From the NCBI RefSeq assembly GCF_006345805.1, contig NW_021831752.1:1-64000 (forward strand): DNA of 64,000 bases, written 5' to 3'. A model generated the notes under the pieces. It worked only from the letters and a program-made list of their open reading frames with translations. It searched no databases and was not told the DNA's origin. The stretch's first letter is position 1. Every line of letters starts with the position of its first letter. This DNA comes from Octopus sinensis. Its lineage: Eukaryota. Of this stretch, positions 1 to 12,199 are shown in pieces. The translations under genes and the position numbers were made by a program.

Positions 1-1710
1 TTGCATACACAGACTGTTGACTATCTGGCCACGCAGTGTGGTATGATTCTAAACAGTGACTATTTCTGAAGTTCTGCTTAATCAGGTCCTCCAGATGTGC
101 CAGCCTGGGGCGTTTTTTACCGTGCAATCAACTTTCGGTTAATCTGTGAGCCTTTTTGTGTCTCCTTGATTCGCCTCCTGTTGGACCAGGCGTAGGAAAT
201 GGACGGTTCAAAGTATTGACGATAAATATTTGCCAATTCCGGGTGGGATTCGTTTTCCTATAAACCTGATAGGCTTCTGAGCACGTTCGTTTTTTTCTCA
301 CATTTACAAAGTAGGTTGTCTGTGTGAGGAGAGAAGCAGGGGTGAGAGTTGTGTTGAAGGGTATGGACACATTTTTGACTTCAAATCGACCGTCTCCCTT
401 GGCAGACTTGGCAACGTTTACACGAGTCGGTTGTCAGTTAGCCATACGTTGAGTCGAACCAAGTTAGCTTGGAGCCTTTCAGACAATGTCATTCGCACAT
501 GAAAAGAATAGCATCATTATAGAGGGCGGAAGATTTTCCAGGAAAAAGTTGAAAAGGGCCGGGGATAATGGAGATCCCTTGGGTACTCTGTTGGGCAGGA
601 GTCGAAAAGTGGACTTCCTCTTCGTCCACTTAGGAGGTTAATGATCCATAGTTTGAGTTTCGCCGGAAATTCAGTTTGGCATATCTTCCTTGATAAGAGC
701 TTTCTCGAGACAGAATCGAGAGCTTTGTGGATGTCTATGGAGCAAAACACGGTCTTTTGGTGCCTCAGTTTGCTTGCAAAACTAGTACGAACGAATTTTG
801 TCTAAAACTCTTTTATTCTTTCAAGAACCATTTTTTTAGGATTTTTGACATGACGCAGAACAGGAAAACCAGCCTAAAAGAAGCCGGGTCGTTTCTTGGT
901 CTTCCAGTATCGACCTTATTAGTGCTTGCTTCTATAATGACGGAATCAGATTATGCTCGATCGACTAGTTGAATATAGCCGTTAGAAACTAATTCGACAC
1001 AAAGATTTCTTAATAGAATGACCGGGATTCTATCTGATACGGATCATTAAGTCATTCGGTTGGTTTTCTTGAGGCTATTTCTTTCCTTCTTTGGCTAGTA
1101 GCAGCGTGAGGTTGTCGTTTGGGTATAGCCATTGCTCTTGCTTCCAGAATAATCGTCATGAAGAAGCCGATTGCATTGTCGAGAGAACTAAATTGCAATT
1201 CTTTAATTTTAAATTCAAGATCTCCTGGCCAGTTTGCCGCATTATAATTGTATGAAACAAAGACCTTGCTGGTGATAACTTCCCTTCACCGTGATCGGGT
1301 TGTGGTCGCTTCTCGCTTCATAGAAGACTGACCAGACCGTAGTCGATACGAAAGATGAAGAGTATATCGGGTGATGTAGGTCTATCAGTCACTTTGAGCG
1401 GAGTCCTTGTGTTCCTCGGTGGATCGTTCAGAATTGTTAGGGAGTAGATTGGGAAAGTAAAAGTTTCCCTTTCGTATCCGCGACTGAATTGACCCTCAAA
1501 AAGGAGTGTTTCAGGTGGGCGCATAAGATGACCCCATCGATGCGTGCCAGTTTAGAGAGAGCTCAGGAAGAAATCGGTCTTAGGTAGAGTGCGTCGTCCT
1601 GAATGAGAATGCCGCCAGGGGGACGAGTTTTAATGATTCTTTTCCGGTGGACATTGAGTGCCCCCTCAGCGTTTCCAAGTCCGTTTGAGTTGCGAGAATC
1701 AATCGAATTG
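1..1710 (-). mobile_element. Decayed APE-endonuclease/RT non-LTR retrotransposon (LINE), copy 1
   Basis: Minus strand shows APE C-terminal motifs (LTILNDPPRNTR...TSPDILF...SDHNPITV) and RT motifs (NDPASFRLVFLFCVMSKILKKMVLERI; SIDIHKALDSVSR; VPKGSPLSPALFNFFL), with stops and frameshifts. Confidence 0.85.
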
Positions 1711-1860
1711 GTGAACCACATAACGAATAAGTTATCCATCAAAAAACAAGTTTGGATTCTGGAAAATTACCAGTAAAGTCGAGCGTCTTATTTTATTATA
1801 ATATTTCATAATTTAAGAAGAGATTTATATTTAAATATTTTTGTTGTGAATTTGCTTTTC

Positions 1861-2183
1861 ATGGACGCATTTCTTGAATTAGACCCTTCCAAGATTCAAA
1901 TTTCTGACACTCTTCAAAACCTTCTCCTCAAGTAATATAATAATAAACAATTAGCAGTCCGGAAGGATCCTGTGCACATAAGATTGTGGAAGAGTTGAAG
2001 GCTAAAATAACGTCACTACGTTCCCAAATAGACTCGTTAGGAGAACTGAAGGAAACAGCGAGCCAATTGGCTGACATTGAGAAGCACTGTAAAGAAATTC
2101 TTGCAGTTAAAACGAGTTCGTTGGAGTATATTCGTCAACAAGTTAACCAACATTTACAAACTAATCACCTTAAAAATGATTAA
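1861..2183 (+). CDS. Small ~100-aa coiled-coil protein, 2 exons, copy 1
   Basis: ATG 1861 (MDAFLELDPSK...LLL); 23-nt intron GTAATATAATAATAAACAATTAG; exon 2 continues in frame into ORF 1986-2183 (EELKAKITSLRSQIDSL...). Confidence 0.7.
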
Positions 2184-2979
2184 TTTTATATTCGTATTGT
2201 TCTATTAATACAGAGAACACTGCAATACTCCATTTGACTTGCCAAGGTCTGTCCCGTCCACTGCATGTCTTTAGGCATTTCGCACTTGCCTAAGTACGAG
2301 TAGGCAATTCCTAATTATTTGCTGATTTTCAATTTAAATAAGCATAAATAGGGAGCCCTACAACGATGTTTTAATAATTCCTGGAAGCACGTTCTTGATC
2401 GATCTTTCATTTGGAAAGGAATCGAATCACTTTCAGTTCAGTCAAAGTAAAAAAGTCGGGAACTAAATTTTTATTGGTGCCCTTTATTTATCATATCAGA
2501 CTTTTCTCATTTGCCGTGATGATCAGGAAATTAGCACTGCAAGATAAAATGGTAGAAGGTGGCCATTGAGAATTTGTGTTATATGTTTGCCGTTGTTCTG
2601 CAACCTGCGTGGTTTGCGAAGGAAGGGAGATTTGTTCTGTGGTATTTTAATGTACTTATTTCTCCCAAAATATCGACGTGATTTTAAAAGTTAGATATTG
2701 TCATTTATAGAAGTTTGTACGACCTCATAGTGGATATCCTGATAGTGAGTAAATATTCACCAAATTTTCTTTTTCTGTCACAGGTGTTGAGTTTTGAAGT
2801 TGGTGAGTGGATTTGTGTTCGTTTAATGTATGATACTGCAATTGTTAATTATGAAAGTCTCCTATACACATCCACCCTACTTGAGAAAAATTTTCTAAAA
2901 TATTAAAAGACTAAAATTGAGTTCAAAACAAATTTAACTTGAAAATTATTAATTTATTTTTTTTAATGTTAAATAATTA

Positions 2980-3734
2980 ATGAGGTCTCCTGTTGTCGTC
3001 CGTTCTTTTCGAAAAAGACAGCAACAGTAATTGAGACTATAAAAATATCAATTTCAGTTAATATTTCTTCACGGCTTGGGAGATTGGGGTTCTGTCTTTG
3101 GTGTAGCCTGATGTAGAGATTCTTGGGCTTCACAGTTTGCAGAGACAGGTTTTAGTCAAATCGAAAGTAATTTGGCCACACGGTATTCGTTAATTTGTAT
3201 ATTCTAGACCATCGAGGCAACTCTCGGTTGCTTTGGATTGCCCGTCCCTGCTTGGTTTGACATCCTCGGAGTCTCCATGGACAGTGCCGAGGACGCCGAT
3301 GGAATAAAACGAGGCCTCGCTGATCGGTCTCCCTGTATAAGCAATTTCAGTCCAGTCGCTAATAGATGAGGAGATTAGGAAAGGAATCGATCTCGGAGAA
3401 TTATTGTGGGCGGTTTCAGTCAGGGTGGGGCCGTGGCACTCCACTTGCTCTCAGTGTGGGGTTGCACTGGGCGGGGTGATTGGGATCAGCACGTGGTTGC
3501 CACTTCACAAAACATTCGAAAATGTTGGCAGTTTTGTCCCAATATTGCTTTTGCCATGGGGAAGATGATTCGATTGTTCCCTATGAGTATGCACGGACGA
3601 CACTGTCAGTGTTGACTGACCGGGCTGGCTGTGCCAATGTCACATTCAAAGCATACTCCAGTATGGGACACAATACATCGAGGATGAGATTGGGATGTTA
3701 TTCATTTTATCACAAAATGTCTCCCGGACATTAG
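2980..3734 (+). pseudogene. LYPLA1: Frameshifted copy of acyl-protein thioesterase (pseudogene or unpolished assembly copy)
   Basis: GFSQGG and CHGEDD...MGH motifs are split across frames by small deletions relative to 15448-16205. Confidence 0.6.
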
Positions 3735-3987
3735 TTTATTATCATACTTTAAATTACGTTGGTGCTTTATGAGTGAGGAAACCATTACTCAGTCGATTCT
3801 TAATCCACATTTTGCAAAACTGTCGCCTCCCGTGTTAATGCAATGTTTGTCCAAAACTTATCCCCATATTGGGAAATTTAGACAACAGAATATTGGTTTA
3901 AAAGTCAATAGAGGTATACTGCAAGGAGATTTTAATTTCGGTATAGGAAATAATTTAAGTTAATTGAATAAGTGATATCTCTAATAC

Positions 3988-6900
3988 GTTAGGGTTTGGG
4001 TCAAAGTTAGGATTCAGATTTTGAATATTTATGTTGTCATTTGCCAACGTTAGGGTTTGGGTTAAGTTAGGATTCAGATTTGAATATATTTATGTTGTCA
4101 TTGCCAACGTTAGGGTTTGGTTAAGTTAGGATTCAGATTTTGAATATATTTATGTTGTCATTTGCCAACGTTAGGGTTTGGGTTAAAGTTGGATTCAGAT
4201 TTTGAATATTTTTATGTTGTCACTTGCCAACGTAGTGTTTGGGTTAATGTTAGGATTCAGATTTTGAATATATTTATGTTGTCACTTGCCAACGTTAGGG
4301 TTTAGGTTAAGGTTAGGATTCAGATTTTGAATATATTTATGTTGTCATTTGCCAACGTTAGGGTTTGGGTTAAGGTTAGGATTCAGATTTTGAATATATT
4401 TATGTTGTCATTTGCCAACGTTAGGGTTTAGGTTCAGGTTAGGGTTCAGATTTTGAATATATTTATGTTGTCATTTGCCAACGTTAGGGTTTGGGTTAAG
4501 GTTAGGATTCAGATTTTGAATATATTTATGTTGTCATTTGCCAACGTTAGGGTTTGGGTTAAGGTTAGGATTCAGATTTTGAATATATTTATGTTGTCAT
4601 TTGCCAACGTTAGGGTTTGGGTTAAAGTTAGGATTCAGATTTTGAATATATTTATGTTGTCATTTGCCAACGTTAGGGTTTGGGTTAAAGTTAGGATTCA
4701 GATTTTGAATATATTTATGTTGTCACTTGCCAACGTTAGGGTTTAGGTTAAGGTTAGGATTCAGATTTTGAATATATTTATGTTGTCATTTGCCAACGTT
4801 AGGGTTTGGGTTAAAGTTAGGATTCAGATTTTGAATATATTTATGTTGTCACTTGCCAACGTTAGGGTTTGGATTAAAGTTAGGATTCAGATTTTGAATA
4901 TATTTATGTTGTCATTTGCCAACGTTAGGGTTTGGGTTAAGGTTAGGATTCAGATTTTGAATATATTTATGTTGTCATTTGCCAACGTTAGGGTTTAGGT
5001 TAAGGTTAGGGTTCAGATTTTGAATATATTTATGTTGTCATTTGCCAACGTTAGGGTTTGGGTTAAGGTTAGGATTCAGATTTTGAATATATTTATGTTG
5101 TCACTTGCCAACGTTAGGGTTTGGGTTAAGGTTAGGATTCAGATTTTGAATATATTTATGTTGTCACTTGCCAACGTTAGGGTTTGGGTTAAGGTTAGGA
5201 TTCAGATTTTGAATATATTTATGTTGTCATTTGCCAACGTTAGGGTTTAGGTTAAGGTTAGGATTCAGATTTTGAATATATTTATGTTGTCACTTGCCAA
5301 CGTTAGGGTTTAGGTTAAGGTTAGGATTCAGATTTTGAATATATTTATGTTGTCATTTGCCAACGTTAGGGTTTGGGTTAAGGTTAGGATTCAGATTTTG
5401 AATATATTTATGTTGTCACTTGCCAACGTTAGGGTTTAGGTTAAGGTTAGGATTCAGATTTTGAATATATTTATGTTGTCATTTGCCAACGTTAGGGTTT
5501 GGGTTAAGGTTAGGATTCAGATTTTGAATATATTTATGTTGTCATTTGCCAACGTTAGGGTTGGGTTAAAGTAGGATTCAGATTTTGAATATATTTTGTT
5601 GTCACTTGCAACGTTAGGGTTTAGGTTAAGGTTAGGATTCAGATTTTGAATAATTTATGTTTCATTTGCCAACGTTAGGGTTTGGGTTAAAGTTAGGATT
5701 CAGATTTTGAATATATTATGTTGTCACTTGCCAACGTAGGGTTGGATTAAAGTTAGGATTCAGATTTTGAATATATTTATGTTGTCATTTGCCAACGTTA
5801 GGGTTTGGGTTAAGTTAGGATTCAGATTTTGAATATATTTATGTTGTCATTTGCAACGTTAGGGTTTGGGTTAAAGTTAGGATTCAGATTTTGAATATAT
5901 TTGTGTCACTTGCCAACGTTAGGGTTTAGGGTAAGGTTAGGATTCAGATTTGAATATATTATGTGTCATTTGCCAACGTTAGGGTTTGGGTTGAGGTAGA
6001 TTCAGATTTTGAATATATTTATGTTGTCACTTGCCAACGTTAGGGTTTAGGTTCAGGTTAGGGTTCAGATTTTGAATATATTTATGTTGTCATTTGCCAA
6101 CGTTAGGGTTTGGGTTAAAGTTTGGATTCAGATTTTGAATATTTTTATGTTGTCACTTTGCCAACGTTAGTGTTTGGGTTAATGTTAGGATTCAGATTTT
6201 GAATATATTTATGTTGTCACTTGCCAACGTTAGGGTTTGGGTTATAGTTAGGATTCAGATTTTGAATATATTTATGTTGTCACTTGCCAACGTTAGGGTT
6301 TAGGTTAAGGTTAGGATTCAGATTTTGAATATATTTATGTTGTCATTTGCCAACGTTAGTGTTTGGGTTAAAGTTAGGATTCAGATTTTGAATATATTTT
6401 GTTGTCACTTGCCAACGTTAGGGTTTAGGTTAGGTTAGGATTCAGATTTTGAATATTTATGTTGTCATTTGCCAACGTTAGGGTTGGGTTGAGGTTAGGA
6501 TCAGATTTTGAATATATTTATGTTGGCACTTGCCAACGTTAGGGTTAGGTTAAGGTTAGGATTCAGATTTTGAATATATTTATGTTGTCATTGCCAACGT
6601 TAGGGTTTGGGTTGAGGTTAGGATTCAGATTTTGAATATATTTATGTTGTCACTTGCCACGTTAGTGTTTGGGTTAATGTTAGGATTCAGATTTTGAATA
6701 TATTTATGTTGTCACTGCCAACGTTAGGGTTTGGGTTATAGTTAGGATTCAGATGATATATATTTATGTTGTCACTTGCCAACGTTAGGGTTTGGGGTAA
6801 GGTTAGGATTCAGATTTTGAATATATTTTGTGTCATTTGCCAACGTTAGGGTTGGGTTGAGGTAGGATTCAGATTTTGAATATATTTATGTTGTCACTTT

Positions 6901-8062
6901 GCCAACGTTAGTGTTTGGGTTAATGTTAGGATTCAGATTTTGATATATTTATGTTGTCACTTGCCAACGTTGGGTTTAGGTTAAGGTAGGATTCAGATTT
7001 TGAATATATTTATGTTGTCATTTGCCAACGTTAGGGTTTGGGTTGAGGTTAGGATTCAGATTTGAATATATTTATGTGTCACTTGCCAACGTTAGGGTTT
7101 AGGTTAAGGTTAGGATTCAGATTTGAATATTTATGTTGTCATTTGCCAACGTTAGGGTTTGGGTTGAGGTTAGGATTCAGATTTTAATAATTATGTTGTC
7201 ACTTTGCCAACGTTAGTGTTGGGGTTAATGTTAGGATTCAGATTTTGAATATATTTATGTTGTCACTTGCCAACGTTAGGGTTTAGGTTAAGGTTAGGAT
7301 TCAGATTTTGAATATTTATGTTGTCATTTGCCAACGTTAGGGTTGGTTGAGGTTAGGATTCAGATTTTGAATATATTTATGTTGTCACTTGCAACGTTAG
7401 GGTTTGGTTCAGTTAGGGTTCAGATTTTGAATATATTATGTTGTCATTGCCAACGTTAGGGTTTGGGTTGTTAAAGTTTGGATTCAGATTTTGAATATTT
7501 TTATGTTGTCACTTTGCCAACGTTAGTGTTTGGGTAATGTTAGGATTCAGATTTTGAATATATTTATGTTGTCATTTGCCAACGTTAGGGTTTGGGTTAA
7601 AGTTTGGATTCAGATTTTGAATATTTTTATGTTGTCACTTTGCCAACGTTAGTGTTTGGGTTAATGTTAGGATTCAGATTTTGAATATATTTATGTTGTC
7701 ATTTGCCAACGTTAGGGTTTGGGTTAAAGTTTGGATTCAGATTTTGAATATTTTTATGTTGTCACTTTGCCAACGTTAGTGTTTGGGTTAATGTTAGGAT
7801 TCAGATTTTGAATATATTTATGTTGTCACTTGCCAACGTTAGGGTTTGGGTTATAGTTAGGATTCAGATTTTGAATATATTTATGTTGTCACTTGCCAAC
7901 GTTAGGGTTTAGGTTAAGGTTAGGATTCAGATTTTGAATATATTTATGTTGTCACTTGCCAACGTTAGGGTTTGGGTTAAAGTTAGGATTCATATTTTGA
8001 ATATATTTATGTTGTCATTTGCCAACGTTAGGGTTTGGGGAAGGTTAGGATTCAGATTTTGA
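3988..8062 (+). repeat. Tandem array of ~65 copies of a 63-bp telomere-like satellite
   Basis: Unit (e.g. 4483-4545) GTTAGG GTTTGG GTTAAG GTTAGG ATTCAG ATTTTG AATATATTTATGTTGTCATTTGCCAAC. The 21-aa periodic ORFs confirm the 63-bp period. Confidence 0.98.
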
Positions 8063-9795
8063 GCATCCCTTTGAGGTTTGTAAAGACAGAATTCCTTCAT
8101 TGCTGTTATTTGTTTTTCTTTCATATGGATACCCGAGCCTTTTGGTTGCTGGTTATTCCTTTATTTCCTCTTCTTGTGGTGTACAGCAAGGCGATCCTTT
8201 GGGCCCATTATTATTTGCCCTTTCCGTGGATTTTATTGCCCGTAAGAATTTGTCGCCTCTGAATATTTGGTATTTGGATGATTGTACTATTGGTGGTCCG
8301 CCCGATATTTTGATAAAGGACTTGGAATCTCTAATCCCAGCTTTGTCATCCATTGGTCTCGAAATTAATTCTCTCAAATCTGAAATCGTAAATGTTAACA
8401 TCGATCGTGTTAGTTTTCAAAACATTTTTTCTCAGTTTCGAGGCCTTTTGCCCAATCTGAGACATACTTCCACTGCTGATCTCGAAATCTTGGGTGCTCC
8501 GATCTACGACCAATCCGCCATTCGTATTCTTAATTCCAAGAGGAATGCCCTTTCTTCCCTTTGTGATAAACTTGCAGATATTGATCCCCACCCTGCTTAT
8601 TTCATTCTCAAAAATTATCTTCTGATCCCGAAAATCAATTATGTCCTAAGGAGTTCCCGCTGCTTTTCTATTCCTATTGCCGTGGATTCTTTCGACGCTC
8701 TGGTGCGTTCTTCCGCTGAGAAGATTTTTAATGTCAAGTTTGATGACGTTGGTTGGTGTCAGGCCAAACTTCCTGTATCTTTTGGCGGTCTGGGGCTTCG
8801 CTCCGCGCTCGACCTTTCTCTTCCCGCTTTCCTTTCATCTTCTTCAGGATTGTATCTTCTTGTCCATAAGATTCTTGAAAAATCACCCGAATCAACTTTG
8901 GACTCTGATATCAATTCTGCACTCTTCTTTGCTTTGGAAGGAAAAGCATTTCGTCTTACCGTCAGAACGATCTCTCCAACGTGTATGGGACAAAATTATT
9001 TGTGAATATTACGTTGACTCGTTGGAGCGTCTCTTGGACCAGCACAGACTAGCTTGCTTCCGTGCCAGTCGCCAACCGTATTCTGGCTCCTGGCTTAACT
9101 GCCTTCCCACGACCCATTTGGATACCTGCCTCGACTCTGATGCCCTCCGTTTTGGAATATGCCTTCGTCTGGGCCTACCGATTTGTAATCCCCACCCCTG
9201 CCGGTGTGGATCAACGATGGACACATACGGGCTCCATGCCCTTTCCTGCAAGAAAAGCGCAGGTCGCATACCTCGTCATTCGGCTCTTAACAAGATCATT
9301 CTCCATGCCCTCGAAAAGGCAGGGTATCCTTCTGTCCTTGAGCCAATTGGTCTTGACCGTGGTGATGGAAAAAGGCCTGATGGCTCGACGTTGTTCGCTT
9401 TCGACGCTGGTAAACCACTAGTTTGGGATGCCACGTGTGTTGATTCCTTCTCTAAGTCGGCCATCAACGAATCCGCCTCTCTGCCGGGTCCCATGCTAAT
9501 AGGGCTGAACATACAAAATCCGAAAAATACCAGGGCTTGTTAAACGGCTTTTGGTTTTGGCCAATTGTTGTTGAGACTTAGTGCGTCTTTGGCACAAAGA
9601 CAGTTGATCATCTAAAGAAACTTGGCCACCTCTGTTCTTTACGCTTCAAGGATCCTAGGGAATTTACATTCCTAATCCAAAGGATCCTGTTGGCCGTTGT
9701 GCGTGGGAACAGCTGTTCCATCCGGCTTGCTGGCCGATTAATTTATGATTAATTTAGCTTTCCATATTTTTAATAAATATAACTTCAAGAATTGT
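8063..9795 (+). mobile_element. 5'-truncated CRE-clade non-LTR retrotransposon (RT, CCHC knuckle, restriction-like endonuclease), frameshifted
   Basis: GVQQGDPLGPLLF, IWYLDD, AKLPVSFGGLGLRS (8100-9005); CRCG...HALSC and KRPDG...LVWDATCVDS (8677-9543); C-terminal FLIQRILLAVVRGN. Starts mid-RT directly after the last satellite base. Confidence 0.9.
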
Positions 9796-10434
9796 TATTT
9801 AATCTACTTTAAATACTGTTATATATTTGTATCTAGACCAATGCTGCTTTTGTTACAACATTCACGTTAAAGTTATAATTTGAGAAATTCTGATTACGTA
9901 ATCTCACGATATCACTCAATTTGATAAAACTGCGTGTCACATTCCTATTGCTGCAGCACAATTTGTGATGTTAAAATGATTTCTAAGGAATAATATCCAA
10001 ATTATGTATTCATTGAAATAATCAACGTTAAATTCCGATATCTGTGTTTGTAGATATTAGTAAATTTCATTCTCAGCTATCAACTCGTGATTACCCCGCC
10101 CACAAATCTCGACTTATTTAAATAAAACTCAATTCATTTATGTATGAAAACAAAACCAGTAAATTCATTACTTCGGTGGAAACCCTATACACCTTCGAGA
10201 AAATTCGTCTGAGTCATCATTTTAGATAAATTGCACATGTAAAAAGGTATTAAGAGGCAAATATAATAATTCTAATTACACGATATTTCCAAATCTGGAT
10301 TGCAGTTTGAAGACCGAAGACAATTATGCTTTTGGCTTCTTTTGATCTCTTTCGCAGTTACTACTTCAATTAAATAGATAAAAGTTTTTGAATATTTTTT
10401 TCTTAATAATTTATAAATTTTTATTTCATTACAA

Positions 10435-11950
10435 ATGAGTTTAGGTAGCTTATGGCGTTATTTTTTTAAGTTTTTCAAGAAATTGGTTCGATTGAATTTG
10501 ATTCTCGGCTAAAGAAATCATGCATGACTGTTCTTCCCCCAAACTTTACCGAATCCTTTCTTTTAATTTCCCACGACAGTTCTGTCTTTGCACTAACAAT
10601 TTCCGAAACGAATGAAAAAGTGATCTTGAGGAAATCCCATGTCTTTCTTTTACTTCCCGGTAAACTACATTCATTTCCAAATTTAGAAAATTTCACATAT
10701 TATTATCTTCACGTTTTCACACATTCTTATCTTAGTTTCCTGGCTTTCGCGGGAATTCCCACAGTATAAGAATGTTAAACCAGCTAGGAAAATGTTGACA
10801 AGTCGGCGATTTTATTCATCCAACAAATTTCTGGTGCCAAGTCTGTGAATGATTTTTGTGGGGGTAGTAATGAGTGATCGATGAGTAGGCAACCGAGTTC
10901 AGCTGGCGTTAAAAAAATGTCCAACTGCTATCCTGAGTTGCGGGTTCAATTAATCGAGCCATAACCTGCAGTATTGGGGAATGCGAAACCCCATACATGA
11001 TTATATTCGAGGATGTCACTCGAGTCATCAAATCCGAGGGAAATCAAGTTCACCAATTCAACTTGCCTGAAATATTTCCAGAGTTCAGTCTTGTTTCAGA
11101 AAAGTTGGGTTTATCTAATATTTTTCAAGAATTGTATTTTGTGAAATAATTGTGTGTGGGGGAAACTCGAGAATTACGGCCGTTTCGACTTTTTCTTTCA
11201 ACATCCACGTGTTCTCTGTTTTCAATGGTTAGGATAATTCACGTTTACTGACCAGGAAGAGCCACCGAAACTTATAAATGCTGTTTTAATTCAGAAATTA
11301 CTCATATTTCTCTATTCAAAAAAGGACCAACTTGGAGCGATTTCAGTTAGTTTTGTTGTATTGTTTAGATTTGGACAATTTTTATTGCATCGCCGTGGCA
11401 TTCGCGAACCATCCAGTTTTCGTATTCAGGTTGATTCCCTTTGAAGTACTTTCAAGCAATGTGGCCGGGGAGGGCGCCATAACAAAGGATGTAATGCCTT
11501 TTGTTGCGGGAGATTTGACGACTGGTCTGTGTATAGCTGACGTTGATTTCGATGGACTCCCTGAGATATTAGTCACCACATTTTCGAATGTACTGTGCCT
11601 AATTACATTCCAGAATCTCTTCGTCTTCAAATTGGTGGACAGTCCTACTTTGGTTCCTAAAGAGGTTGCTTCGCCTCCAACAGCCATCGATGCAGCTGAG
11701 ATGACACAAGTGATAAGTTCAACTAATGATGTGTTGTATACACCACAAAGAGCTCAAAAAATATATCAATGCAGATTCTCGTCCCCACTGTTGAACGTAT
11801 TTCGAATTGATGTAGAATTTGACGTTGTATCCTATTACCTGGTTGTGTCTTTGAGAGGAGTGCACCTTCTACAAGTATTATATATTTAAATGTTAGCATA
11901 ACTCTGCCATTATCGAACAAGTCGTGCTTGAGAAAATTGCACTGCTATAA
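10435..11950 (+). CDS. KPTN: Kaptin (KICSTOR subunit), multi-exon
   Basis: IADVDFDGLPEILVTT and RFSSPLL...VVSLRGVHLLQ match the kaptin C-terminal motifs. ATG 10435 is followed by a 26-nt intron; a 22-nt last intron precedes HNSAIIEQVVLEKIALL*. Confidence 0.8.
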
Positions 11951-12199
11951 AATCGCGATTGTTAACTATTATTACATGTTTATTAATTCTCATCAACTTG
12001 AAAGATATTTAGAACAGTTAAGGATATTGTTTTAATTATAAAACGCAGTTGGTTCCTATAATCATTAACTCTCTCTTGATCCTAAAAATTGTGTGGCTGG
12101 CACGAGTTTTGTTATGATTCATGGCATCTCCAAAGTGCTATGTTGTTGTTGTTTCTATAATAGCGAGATGGATCCTGGATTGGCTGTTTGTGAAGCTCG

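Larger units (their letters stand above)
1..3987 (+). repeat. Direct segmental duplication, copy 1 (left end outside the window); offset 12,453 bp from copy 2
   Basis: Position 1 TTGCATACACAG matches 12454. ORFs 128/12581, 517/12970, 727/13180, 1318/13771 and 1986/14439 translate identically. Similarity ends at ...GATATCTCTAATAC (3987 vs 16468). From about 2545 onward copy 1 has many 1-2 nt indels. Confidence 0.97.

Noticed and set aside
4453-5250. ORFs made of the 21-aa repeat NIFMLSFANVRVWVKVRIQIL
   Set aside because: By-product of a 63-bp unit (multiple of 3) with one stop-free frame; no real ATG start, and VR-rich text is what GTTAGG repeats translate to.
3988-8062. CRISPR array
   Set aside because: No unique spacers, no cas genes, eukaryotic context.
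3988-8062. Spliced-leader or snRNA gene array (GATTTTGA fits an Sm-site pattern, and CRE elements can target SL arrays)
   Set aside because: The unit is short, with no recognisable leader exon plus donor; an 8-nt match in AT-rich DNA is weak. Small-RNA data could reopen it.
8063-8100. Satellite ORF fused in frame to the CRE RT, or CRE primed from the telomere 3' end
   Set aside because: The satellite frame (8035) differs from the RT frame (8100), and priming from the G-strand would place the element's 3' end, antisense, next to the array.
9800-10380. Possible unannotated genes here and at 14650-15360, 41960-42480, 51850-52270 and 55900-56450
   Set aside because: Coding-like stretches and candidate introns exist, but I could not build a consistent model or recognise a family.
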